22,682 nucleotides of DNA. Source: a bacterium. GTDB taxonomy: Bacteria; Vulcanimicrobiota; Xenobia; Xenobiales; JADMJV01. A program made the position numbers and the translations under genes. Below the pieces are notes generated by a model. The model saw only the letters and a list, made by a program, of their open reading frames with translations. It was not told where the DNA came from and made no database searches. Each line of letters starts with the position of its first letter. Positions within the stretch are counted from its first letter, which is position 1. Positions 14,640 through 22,682 of this stretch are shown here, piece after piece. Where the stretch lies: assembly GCA_018780265.1 (NCBI GenBank), contig JADMJV010000021.1, positions 64,001-86,682 on the forward strand, given 5' to 3'.

Positions 14640-16208
14640 TTACTTGCGGTGGTCCTTGAGAAATTGGCGCCAGCCCTCGGGTAGATGAGTGGCCGGTCGC
14701 CGATCAAAGGAGAGGGTGCCGTGGCCCATCATGGCCAGCACCGTTTGATTAAAAGCCTCGCCGGTGCGCTTGAGCTCGGGACAGGAGGCCGCCAGGCGCG
14801 GCTCACGCTGGAGTTGAGCCAGGAAGCTCCCCAGATCCACTACCGACTGAAAGTCATCAGCATCGGTCGTTTCGCTCTGATCCAGGCAGCGGCGCAGGGT
14901 TTCCTGGTGTCCCCCCTGGCTGAGACGGGTGAGACTGCGCCCCAGTCGGTCCAGGCTGGGCAACAACTGCTTTTGCAGCGCCTGCAGATCGACAGCCACC
15001 AGCGATTTGGCGGGCCGGCCCCGGGCGGCCGAACGCACCAGAGAGGTGCCAAATTCACGCGGGTTGGCAGGGAAGGAACTCTGACCAAACATCGACTCCA
15101 GGGGAAAACCAAAGCCTCGCACGGTGTGCTCGGAAACCACCGCCACCCGAGCCGATCCGGTCAACTTGCTGAGCGACTCCAGTTGCCCGCCGTTGCAAAC
15201 GTCGAGCACAATAGCCTCGGCCCCTTGCACGGTGCGGGCCAGGGCGTCAAAGGACAACCCGGCAGCACTTTGCTGCAGCCCGTGACCGGAGACGTAAACC
15301 ACATGGCGAGAGTTGGGCCATTGGCCGAGGTTTTTTTGCCACAGTTGCTCAAATTGAGACGCTCGGGGGCCATTTCCTACCACTTGATGGGACACATGCT
15401 TCCAGGTCGGGGCCACTTCGTCGTGCTGAGCCACCTTTTGTTTCAGCGCTTGCAGATGTTGGCCGGCGCTCTCGGCGCCGACCTTGGCCCCCAAGCCCCC
15501 TGCCAGCGTGAGCAGACCGCCCAAAACCAGGAGGGGTACGCTCAGAGGGCCTCCCTGCAAGGCCTGCACACAGGCGGTGCCGGCCACCACCAGGCCGGCT
15601 GCCCCCATCGCCCCCATGACCACTGGCAAAGCCGTATGCACGGCATCGCTGGCCACTCCTCCCGCCGCCGACAATCCGCTGACCTCAACCGGTGCCTGCG
15701 TCTTCTCGAGCATCTTTTCAAAGCGAGCGGGTTGGCCCTTGACGTGGCGAGCGATGTCGGGCACCGAGGCATCCCCGAAATAGGTGACCAACAGCGGTTG
15801 ATCGGAAGTCTGGAAAGTGTCCGAAGCGGCACTCCCCATGACCCCAAGCGACAGGGCAGGGTCGTTGATGGTGCCAAACTGCAGGCTCCCGCCGTCGCGC
15901 AGCGGCGTCCACTCATCGCTGGACGCTTTACGACCGTCGATCAGCGTGGTGCCGGTATGCAGGTCGCGCACCCAGAGCTGCCCCTCTTTCCACTGCCCCT
16001 CCGCCTGTTTGGGCTGCCCGGCCCAGCGCACCTGGCAATCAGGGTCCTGTCCAATGGTAAAGACCGAACCATCGGTAGGAAAACGCAGCGAGCCGCCATC
16101 TGGCGTCAGCAGACGCTGCCGCTCAGGCTGCAGGCTCAGCGAATGTCCGATGGACCTGGGCTGATTCCCCGGATTGGATTGCACACGCATAGACTCAGAG
16201 AATATCAC
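14640..16208 (-). CDS. FHA-domain membrane protein with a C-terminal caspase/metacaspase-like (clan CD, peptidase C14-like) domain.
   Basis: N-terminal FHA: SVFTIGQDPDCQVRWAG...LWVRDLHTGTTLIDGRK. There are two hydrophobic segments in the middle (PVVMGAMGAAGLVVAGTACVQAL; LLVLGGLLTLAGGLGA). The C-terminal blocks HVVYVSGHG and AIVLDVCNGG fit the metacaspase His (YSGHG) and Cys (D-x-C-x-x-G) dyad pattern. Confidence 0.7.
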   Translation of the reverse strand: MIFSESMRVQSNPGNQPRSIGHSLSLQPERQRLLTPDGGSLRFPTDGSVFTIGQDPDCQVRWAGQPKQAEGQWKEGQLWVRDLHTGTTLIDGRKASSDEWTPLRDGGSLQFGTINDPALSLGVMGSAASDTFQTSDQPLLVTYFGDASVPDIARHVKGQPARFEKMLEKTQAPVEVSGLSAAGGVASDAVHTALPVVMGAMGAAGLVVAGTACVQALQGGPLSVPLLVLGGLLTLAGGLGAKVGAESAGQHLQALKQKVAQHDEVAPTWKHVSHQVVGNGPRASQFEQLWQKNLGQWPNSRHVVYVSGHGLQQSAAGLSFDALARTVQGAEAIVLDVCNGGQLESLSKLTGSARVAVVSEHTVRGFGFPLESMFGQSSFPANPREFGTSLVRSAARGRPAKSLVAVDLQALQKQLLPSLDRLGRSLTRLSQGGHQETLRRCLDQSETTDADDFQSVVDLGSFLAQLQREPRLAASCPELKRTGEAFNQTVLAMMGHGTLSFDRRPATHLPEGWRQFLKDHRK

Positions 16209-16229
16209 GCCAGGCCCCGCCTTGCCAAA

Positions 16230-16793
16230 TCACGACGCAGTAGGAGTGCCCAGAGGCGCGAACAGGTCCTTTAGATCCAGGGTAAAGCCCCCATAACTCC
16301 AGCGATCCTCCTCGGCCAGGGCTGCTTCAAGCCGATAAGCCCCCCGGTCCAAGCGCAGATGCTCCAGCGTGCGCTCCTCGGGATCGACCAGCACATACTC
16401 CGCTACCCCACTCGCGGCATAGCGATTGAGCTTGCGAACCCGGTCGTGGGAGGCATTCGAGGGCGAGAGAACCTCTACCAACATCTGCGGGATGCCTTCA
16501 ATAAAGTTAGTCTTCACCATGCCAAACTGTTCCGGCAGCAGAAAGATTAAATCGGGCTGCACCGGGCTACAGCCGGGCATCAACAGGTCCATCGGGGCAT
16601 CGAAGACGGCCCCCAGGCCTCTCTGCTCCAGTTGATAAAGAAAAAATTGCAGTCGTCGTGACACAATCTGATGAACGGTTCGGGGACTGGGAGACATGAA
16701 GAGTTCTCCGTCGATAACTTCGTAGCGCCTGCCATCCTCGGGCAGGCCTAGATAATCCTCATAGGTCCAACGTCGGGGCTGAGAGAGGGTCAT
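16230..16793 (-). CDS. Uma2-family (DUF820) putative PD-(D/E)xK endonuclease.
   Basis: MTLSQPRRWTYEDYLGLPEDGRRYEVIDGELFMSPSP...VQPDLIFL...PQMLVEVLSPSN...YAASGVAEYVLVDP is a classic Uma2 layout. Start taken at the internal ATG 16793. Confidence 0.8.
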   Translation of the reverse strand: MTLSQPRRWTYEDYLGLPEDGRRYEVIDGELFMSPSPRTVHQIVSRRLQFFLYQLEQRGLGAVFDAPMDLLMPGCSPVQPDLIFLLPEQFGMVKTNFIEGIPQMLVEVLSPSNASHDRVRKLNRYAASGVAEYVLVDPEERTLEHLRLDRGAYRLEAALAEEDRWSYGGFTLDLKDLFAPLGTPTAS

Positions 16794-16891
16794 AGACCTC
16801 CATTTCACCACGCCTGTGCCATAGCCTGCTCGACTGGCATTGCAATCTGCCGCCAGGTAGGAATGCAGCTGGACTTGAGGTATCTTCAAAT
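16794..16891. promoter_or_regulatory. Divergent intergenic region between the Uma2 endonuclease and the DUF1998 helicase.
   Basis: 98-bp gap between opposed start codons. No convincing -35/-10 could be assigned by eye. Confidence 0.25.
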
Positions 16892-19354
16892 ATGAGCATA
16901 ACAACGGTCCTCGAGGAACTGCTGGCGATCGAAGGCAGACGCGACACGCTGACGCGCATTGAGAGATTTCCAGCCAGACCCGCCCGGTGGGGGCCGTGGC
17001 CCGGCGTGATCCGGGACGAACTCAAGCAAGCCCTGCGGGCCAAGGGGATCGAGCGTCTTTATTCGCACCAGAGCCAGGCCGTCGAAGCGGGCGTGGCCGG
17101 CCGCGATCTGGTGATTGTCACTCCCACGGCTTCGGGCAAGACCCTATGTTACAACCTGCCCGTGGTCCAGTCGGTGCTGCAAGAGGCCAGCAGCCGCGCC
17201 CTGTACCTTTTCCCCACCAAGGCTCTGGCTCAGGATCAGATGGCCGAATTGCACGACCTGTGCAAGCGGCTGGAAACGTCTGTACAACTCAATCTGGGGG
17301 CCTTCACCTACGACGGCGATACCCCCGCCGACGCGCGCAGGGCCGTACGTTCCAAAGCCCACGTGGTGATCACCAATCCGGACATGCTACACACCGGTGT
17401 ACTGCCCCATCACACCAAGTGGAGCCGCTTTTTTGGCAATCTGCGCTACGTGGTGGTGGACGAACTGCACACCTATCGGGGCGTTTTTGGCAGCCACCTG
17501 GCCAATGTCTTTCGCCGCCTCCAACGGATCTGTCAGTTTCATGGATCCAATCCCACCTTTATCTGCTGCAGCGCCACCATTGCCAATCCCAAGCAGTTGG
17601 CCGAGAGCCTGTTGGAGCGTGAGGTTGAGTTGGTAGGGGAGAGCGGCGCCCCTCAGGGCGAGAAGACCTTTCTCTTCTACAATCCCCCCATGCTGAACAA
17701 AGAACTGGGAATTCGCCGTTCTTACGTCAGTTCGGCCCGACGTCTGGCCGGAAAATTCATCGAGAAAGGGCACAAAACCATTCTTTTCACCGGTTCCCGC
17801 CTCAACGTGGAGGTGCTGACCCGGTATCTCAAAGACAAGTTTGAGCGTACTGAGGCCGAAGAGGGTCGCATTCGCGGCTATCGCGGCGGCTATCTGCCCG
17901 GCCTGCGTCGCGAGATCGAAAGCGGCCTGCGCCAGGGCACAGTGCTGGCCGTGGTCAGCACCAGCGCTCTCGAGCTGGGCATCGACGTGGGCAGCCTGGA
18001 TGTGGCCATCCTGGCCGGCTACCCGGGATCGGTGGCCAGCACCTGGCAGCAGGCCGGTCGGGCCGGTCGGCGTCAATCGGCCTCGGTGGTGGTCATGGTG
18101 GCCCGTAGCGATCCGTTGGACCAGTTTTTGATGCAGCATCCCGAGTATTTCTTTGAGAGCAGCCCCGAACACGCTCGCATCAATCCCGATAATCCGGCGA
18201 TTTTGTTGAGCCACGTGAAGTGCGCCGCTTTCGAACTGCCCCTGGAGAAAGGCGAAAAACTGGGCCGGGCCACCATCGACGAAATCGTGGCTTATCTGGT
18301 GGAGAAACAGGTGCTCCACGAATCGGGCGACCAGGTTCACTGGGCTCAGGAAGTCTATCCCGCCGACAACATTAGCCTGCGCAGCAGCGGTCCCGAGAAC
18401 TTCGTGATTATGGACATGGACCAGAACAACCGCGTCATCGCCGAGGTGGACTGGAATTCGGCCCGCTCCACGGTATATGAAGATGCCATCTATATGTGCG
18501 AGGCCAGAACTTACAACGTCAAACGCCTGGACTACGCCCAGCGACGCGCCTACGTGCGCGCCGTCGAGGTGGACTATTACACCGACGCCATCACCTCCAC
18601 GGCCGTCAAAGTGCTGGACAGTTTTCAACGCCAGTCGGTGCCGGCCGAAGAGCGGGTGGTCTACGAGCACGGCGAGGTGCACGTCAGTTGGCGCGTTTCG
18701 GGCTTTAAGAAGATCAAGTTCTACAGCCGCGAGAACGTAGGATTCGGCCAGGTCCACCTGCCCGATCACGAGATGCACACCACCTCGTTCTGGCTCACCT
18801 TGCGCGAAGAGTTTTTTAAGGACCTGCAACTCAATCGGGCCGACAGCCTGGAGGGAGTGTTGGGCCTGGCCCACTGTCTCCATCATCTGGCTCCCCTCTA
18901 CCTGATGTGCGACGCCAAAGATCTGGACCATTGCGTGGGCGAGCGTTCCGGGCGCTGGTTTGTGCGTCCCGAGGCATCCACTCAGGGGCGTTATGAGTTT
19001 GCCCTGGCTGCCGGCGATGACTCCGATAGCCAGGGTGAAAACTGGCTGCGCATCGGGGCCAACGAACCTGAGAAGCTGGAAGACTTGCCCACCGAGGTGT
19101 TGGGCCGCTTTGATCCCACCCTCTACCTTTATGACAATATCCCCGGCGGCATGGGACTGGCCTCTCAGCTTTTCGATCTCTTTCCCACATTGCTGGCCCA
19201 AACGTGTCAAATGCTGGAAACTTGCCCCTGCGATGAGGGCTGTCCCAGTTGCGTGGGCCCCCCGCACGAAGTAGGCGGACGGGCCCGAGCGGTGGCCCTT
19301 CAGATCGCCCGTGCCCTTCAAGAATTTGAAGCCGTGTCAGCCAGGCCTTCTTGA
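16892..19354 (+). CDS. DEAD/DEAH-box (DExH) helicase with C-terminal DUF1998 four-cysteine domain (MrfA/YprA-like).
   Basis: Motif I TPTASGKT, motif II VVDELH, motif III CCSATIANP, motif VI QQAGRAGRR. The C-terminal DUF1998-type cluster is ...HCVGE...TCPCDEGCPSCVGPP. Length is 820 aa. Confidence 0.9.
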   Translation: MSITTVLEELLAIEGRRDTLTRIERFPARPARWGPWPGVIRDELKQALRAKGIERLYSHQSQAVEAGVAGRDLVIVTPTASGKTLCYNLPVVQSVLQEASSRALYLFPTKALAQDQMAELHDLCKRLETSVQLNLGAFTYDGDTPADARRAVRSKAHVVITNPDMLHTGVLPHHTKWSRFFGNLRYVVVDELHTYRGVFGSHLANVFRRLQRICQFHGSNPTFICCSATIANPKQLAESLLEREVELVGESGAPQGEKTFLFYNPPMLNKELGIRRSYVSSARRLAGKFIEKGHKTILFTGSRLNVEVLTRYLKDKFERTEAEEGRIRGYRGGYLPGLRREIESGLRQGTVLAVVSTSALELGIDVGSLDVAILAGYPGSVASTWQQAGRAGRRQSASVVVMVARSDPLDQFLMQHPEYFFESSPEHARINPDNPAILLSHVKCAAFELPLEKGEKLGRATIDEIVAYLVEKQVLHESGDQVHWAQEVYPADNISLRSSGPENFVIMDMDQNNRVIAEVDWNSARSTVYEDAIYMCEARTYNVKRLDYAQRRAYVRAVEVDYYTDAITSTAVKVLDSFQRQSVPAEERVVYEHGEVHVSWRVSGFKKIKFYSRENVGFGQVHLPDHEMHTTSFWLTLREEFFKDLQLNRADSLEGVLGLAHCLHHLAPLYLMCDAKDLDHCVGERSGRWFVRPEASTQGRYEFALAAGDDSDSQGENWLRIGANEPEKLEDLPTEVLGRFDPTLYLYDNIPGGMGLASQLFDLFPTLLAQTCQMLETCPCDEGCPSCVGPPHEVGGRARAVALQIARALQEFEAVSARPS

Positions 19355-19438
19355 AAGCCATAGGTGCGATGCCCGCATAGTTCGTATCCATTGCGCCAGC
19401 GTAAATAGCCGCCATCACTCCCACAGTCTGAATCGAAA

Positions 19439-20015
19439 TCACCAGCACATTGCCCACCACCCAAGCAGAGCTCCCAGGGCCGCACCCGCCAAGATTTGGC
19501 GGAACCAATGCTCCAGTTGGGGGAGGCCCTGGTCACCAATTTTTCCGGAGGAAACGGCATCTTTGATGGGACCGATTACGGGAGCGTAAATCTGCTGAGC
19601 CAATCGCGTCACAAGAAAAACGAAATTATAGATTGACAGCGCCGTCGCCACCCTCCCGGTCAACACTGCGGATACTCGGCTCGAAATGGCACTGGAAGCC
19701 AACAGTGATACAACAGCATTGAGCGCCACTACCGCCCAAAGAGCTTGCACAAGAGAGTGTCCGTGTTGAGCCAGTGACTGGGTGGCACTGCGAATGATCC
19801 GCCAGTGCGCACAATCCCCCAACCGTCCAAATGGCGGTGGCGGCGACATTGGTCAGCAGGAAGGCCGCTGGCACGCCTTCCAGGCAAAACAATTTGATAC
19901 CCAGACTCCCCGGTGGTCTCAGCGAGCGCAGCAAAGTGCGCCACCCTTGCGGAGTCAACAGGCGGAGCAAAACTCTGAGCATCGATTGGCGGTGAGTATC
20001 TCCTTGGATATCCAT
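19439..20015 (-). pseudogene. Possible frameshifted and truncated N-terminal membrane-domain remnant of an ABC exporter. Low confidence.
   Basis: Two overlapping minus-strand ORFs lie in different frames (19626..20015 and 19439..19849). Concatenated, they read like the start of a type-I ABC exporter TMD: MLRVLLRLLTPQGWRTLL...LFCLEGVPAAFLLTNVAATAIW // LWAVVALNAVVSLLASS...GRVATALSIYNFVFLVTRLAQQ...ILAGAALGALLGWWAM. No ATPase domain follows. Confidence 0.25.
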
Positions 20016-20117
20016 CGACGTCGCCCTTTTTCCCCGTCCAGATGGTCCCCTGGTTCGGTCTCAGCAGGGGCCGCTGCGAGTGGCGCGAAAGCGGATCAGG
20101 TGTTACGTCACCTTCCA

Positions 20118-20501
20118 ATGCTCCTGAGAGTTTATCAATCCGTCAAAATACGCCACTTGCGTTGGGCTGCCGGGCTATTGGTGCTGTCTGTCTGCGGCTG
20201 CGGCGCTGGCATAGGAGCCATGACCTATGGCTGGCACGGCGCGCTGCTAGCCCCCTTGGGCCTGCTGGTCACGATGGCCCTGGCTTTACACCTCTTCATT
20301 GTCATCTCACTGGCCCTGGGAATGCGAAGCTATCGTAACAAGCAGCCCCGAGCCGCCCTCTTGTTCTTGTGGGTTGCGGCTGTTTTTCGCAGCTACGACC
20401 GGAGTGGCAAGGCCAACTCGGCCCTGGTGGAGTCACGCAACCTGGTGACTGCGCAAATGATGCAGAAGATGGCTATGAGCTTCCTGTCCCAGCCTCGCTA
20501 G
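20118..20501 (+). CDS. Small hypothetical membrane protein (127 aa, three predicted helices).
   Basis: Internal ATG 20118 of ORF 19782..20501. Hydrophobic segments WAAGLLVLSVCGCGAGIGAM, ALLAPLGLLVTMALALHLFIVISLALG and ALLFLWVAAVF. The 5' part of the long ORF (MALRMIRQCAQSPNRPNGGGG...) is not protein-like. Confidence 0.3.
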   Translation: MLLRVYQSVKIRHLRWAAGLLVLSVCGCGAGIGAMTYGWHGALLAPLGLLVTMALALHLFIVISLALGMRSYRNKQPRAALLFLWVAAVFRSYDRSGKANSALVESRNLVTAQMMQKMAMSFLSQPR

Positions 20502-20807
20502 AACCCATCCATTCGCGGTGTAACTCCGTCCTCAAGGCGAAGTCTGGGTCCGGCGGGAGGATCGCCTACTGATTGGTCGGCCAGCAGGCCCTTGCCCAAA
20601 ATGCCCTGCAAACCGCATTCAGTAGCATTGAGTTGGAGAATGTTGAGCTGCTGTTGGAATGTAGCTCTTTGTTGACCCCGGTGGAGTGGCAATCTGCGCA
20701 CCGACAGGGGCGATGGCGGTGCAACCTGTCAGGAGTCCGGCCCAAGTCAAGACAACCTCTTTGACCGATGGCAAAGGAAGCCTGTGCCACTGGGGGAATG
20801 ACGTCGC

Positions 20808-21896
20808 GTGCAGGGCCATTATGACAGCAGCGGCCGGATCAGCCTGGATCTCGAATCGGCCGCGCGACGTATCGCCGGCAACCAGACGGTCAATCCCAGC
20901 GAGGCAGTGGCCAGTCTATTGGCCGGCCTGCTGGCATGGAACCCCACCAGCCTGCACCTCAACACTTGGGATGGCCTGGCTGTGGGAGCCACAGGGCTGC
21001 ACCGTCGTCCTGATATGCTGGAGTTGATCAGCGCTCGATTCTTGTCTAACACCGTCGATTGGGTCGCCGATCACCTCTGTCTCGGTCTCCACTCCTTGCT
21101 CCAAGGGGTCCGGTCAGCCGCCTTTCACTGCACAAACCCGGCTCACTCTCTGGGCCTTCGCCACCCCATAGAGGCCCAATGGCCCATGGCTCCACGCTGG
21201 CCTCGACATCTGCCCCCGGCCCCAAATCTAGACGCCCACTGGAGGCTGTTCCCGGCTCCCCCCCTCGACCTTGCTTGCCTGCGACGCCGCTTTCTTAAAT
21301 GTCACGTACCGCTGTTCATCAACGGTCAGCCCCTGCTCCAACACGCCCTGCAACCATCCACCCTGGAATACCTGTGGGAAAGTCACGATCTTCACCTACC
21401 CTCTCCCGACCAGGGGTTTGCGGCCGCCTCCCTTGGCTATGCGGGCGTGGAACTGGGTCAGGATCTGGGCCAGCCATTGCTCCTGAAAAAGAAGCACACC
21501 CTGATATTGGGACGCGACTTCGACGGCCCGGCGTGCAAAACTCCGCCCCTCTACCAACTCGAAAGACCCGAATCGATTTCCCTGTTTCGCTCAGGAACCG
21601 GTCACTGGGCATCCGTTCCTCGGTGCAGCTCGTGCGCCGCCCTGCAACTGAGAACCCGGCATGCCACACGGGTATTCGCCGTCGTCCATGGATTCACACT
21701 CGACCCCCTGGAGCTACCCGACTGGGAGCCTGGTTGGCGCGTCTGGGTGCCGTCCCCCGCCCACTACCTCTCGCCCGACCTACGATCCCTGATCCAGCCC
21801 AAAATCATTATGAAAAGAGCGGCGGAATCGCTGTCTCGTGCAAAAAAGCGCCTCCAGCCCCACCAGGCCAACCTGCTCAACTCTCTGCCGCGCTAG
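20808..21896 (+). CDS. Hypothetical protein (362 aa) with a Pro-rich central segment. No recognisable domain.
   Basis: Long ORF with coding-like third-position GC bias. GTG start. The alternative overlapping frames (21299..21916 +, 21319..21669 -) are Pro/Arg/Gly-rich and junk-like. The start site is uncertain. Confidence 0.4.
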   Translation: MQGHYDSSGRISLDLESAARRIAGNQTVNPSEAVASLLAGLLAWNPTSLHLNTWDGLAVGATGLHRRPDMLELISARFLSNTVDWVADHLCLGLHSLLQGVRSAAFHCTNPAHSLGLRHPIEAQWPMAPRWPRHLPPAPNLDAHWRLFPAPPLDLACLRRRFLKCHVPLFINGQPLLQHALQPSTLEYLWESHDLHLPSPDQGFAAASLGYAGVELGQDLGQPLLLKKKHTLILGRDFDGPACKTPPLYQLERPESISLFRSGTGHWASVPRCSSCAALQLRTRHATRVFAVVHGFTLDPLELPDWEPGWRVWVPSPAHYLSPDLRSLIQPKIIMKRAAESLSRAKKRLQPHQANLLNSLPR

Positions 21897-21912
21897 GACC
21901 GCGGCTCGAAGA

Positions 21913-22682
21913 CTAATCGAGAAACCAGGAGGGAATCACATTCTTCTGGCCCGGGTACTCAAAGGCCTGATTGGGAAAAGCATCATCGCAGTATCCAAAA
22001 TGAAAGACCGCCGGCGAGGACTTTCCCCGGTGAAACCGATAGGCTTCCTGAGCCACCCCCATCTCATAGGCTGTGACGCGCTCATGCTGGCGCAGATGAG
22101 CCCCCCAGCTCTCCTCCAGGTACACCTCGCGATAGACAGTGGGGTCGGCCAGGTCGACAAACAGACCCCAGCGAAGCACCCCGTTGCGGTAGCGAATCCG
22201 TCGCAATTTCATAATCGCCGCTCGAAAAAACGGCGTATCTTCCAGGGCCACCTGATATTCCACTGTCACCAGCACTGGCCCATGTCGCACCGGCACATCG
22301 CCAGCGGTCTCCGGGTCGGGCCAAAAGTGGGTCGACTCCAGACTAAATTTTTCACCTGTCTGGACCGGCGCCAGCCAGGTGGTGCAACTGCTGATCAGCA
22401 GCAGGCCGGCACTAAACAAAAGGCTGGGACGCAGACCCAGATGAGTGGCCAGATAGCCCCAAATCAAGCTGCCAAAACTGGCCGCCCCAAAAAACGCCAA
22501 CAGATACACCGACATCGCCCGGGCTCGAACCCAGGCCGGAGCGATCGACTGGGCCGCCAGATGAAAGCTGGCCAGGATGCAAATCCAGGCCGCGCCTCCC
22601 GAGAACATGGCCAGACTGGCAATCCACTTGGCCCTGGCCACAGCCAGCAACAGGAGCACCGGCACCATGGCCAGCCAGGCCC
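21913..22682 (-). CDS. MFS-type transporter, C-terminal portion; the N-terminus lies beyond the window. It has a ~130-aa soluble C-terminal extension.
   Basis: Hydrophobic helices (VPVLLLLAVARAKWIASLAMFSGGAAWICILASF; MSVYLLAFFGAASFGSLIWGYLATHLG; SLLFSAGLLLISSCTTW) are followed by a soluble tail. The frame is open to the window end. Confidence 0.6.
   Translation of the reverse strand, partial: AWLAMVPVLLLLAVARAKWIASLAMFSGGAAWICILASFHLAAQSIAPAWVRARAMSVYLLAFFGAASFGSLIWGYLATHLGLRPSLLFSAGLLLISSCTTWLAPVQTGEKFSLESTHFWPDPETAGDVPVRHGPVLVTVEYQVALEDTPFFRAAIMKLRRIRYRNGVLRWGLFVDLADPTVYREVYLEESWGAHLRQHERVTAYEMGVAQEAYRFHRGKSSPAVFHFGYCDDAFPNQAFEYPGQKNVIPSWFLD

Noticed and set aside
14685-16274. 529-aa plus-strand ORF.
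   Set aside because: Arg/Gly/Gln/His-rich antisense shadow of the FHA-TM-metacaspase-like gene.
17387-19321. 644-aa minus-strand ORF.
   Set aside because: Antisense shadow of the DExH helicase. The plus strand carries every helicase motif in order.
16892-19354. Interpreting the DUF1998 helicase as part of a DISARM-like defence island.
   Set aside because: No methyltransferase, PLD-nuclease or separate DrmB-like gene is in the window. The fused helicase-DUF1998 architecture fits MrfA/YprA-type repair helicases better. The defence reading is kept only as a low-probability alternative in the finding.
21299-21916. 205-aa plus-strand ORF and 116-aa minus-strand ORF (21319..21669).
   Set aside because: Pro/Arg/Gly-rich junk-like composition. 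They overlap the longer, more coding-like 20808..21896 frame.
1-22682. Search for tRNA/rRNA genes, CRISPR repeats, IS terminal inverted repeats and integrase/transposase ORFs.
   Set aside because: Nothing of the kind is visible. There is no periodic direct-repeat array, no transposase-like ORF and no cloverleaf-like segment in the short intergenic gaps.

Overview
This is a GC-rich (~60%) bacterial chromosomal segment packed tightly with genes. Gene content suggests a cyanobacterium-like host: FHA/Hanks-kinase signalling proteins, a HetI/Sfp-type phosphopantetheinyl transferase, a Uma2/DUF820 nuclease, and a carbamoyltransferase with SxtJ/SxtK-like small proteins. That host call is an inference only. 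I found no rRNA, tRNA, CRISPR array, IS element or integrase.

The window splits into three parts:
- **Envelope/glycan-modification block (1-7400):** a partial membrane sensor-like protein, a secreted type-1-copper cupredoxin with a carboxypeptidase-regulatory-like domain, a large outer-membrane beta-barrel porin-like protein, an SGNH/GDSL hydrolase, and an operon of three small membrane proteins translationally coupled to a NodU/CmcH-family carbamoyltransferase.
- **Signalling/biosynthetic block (7400-16800):** a secreted Gly/Tyr-rich protein. Then a minus-strand operon of an FHA protein, a phosphopantetheinyl transferase, two GT2 glycosyltransferases, an ACT-pair (GcvR-like) protein and a hypothetical protein. 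Opposite it, an FHA protein fused to a degenerate GGDEF domain is coupled to a cNMP-binding Ser/Thr kinase. Next comes an FHA-TM-metacaspase-like protein, and finally a Uma2 endonuclease.
- **Helicase and downstream region (16800-22682):** a MrfA/YprA-like DEAD/DEAH helicase with a C-terminal DUF1998 four-cysteine module, diverging from the Uma2 gene. Downstream are a possible frameshifted remnant of an ABC-exporter membrane domain, a small membrane protein, a hypothetical protein and a partial MFS transporter.

The region most worth following up is the cluster of three FHA-domain proteins around a cyclic-nucleotide-gated Hanks kinase. One of the three carries a metacaspase-like domain.

Many of the long ORFs in the six-frame track are opposite-strand shadows of these genes, as expected at this GC content.
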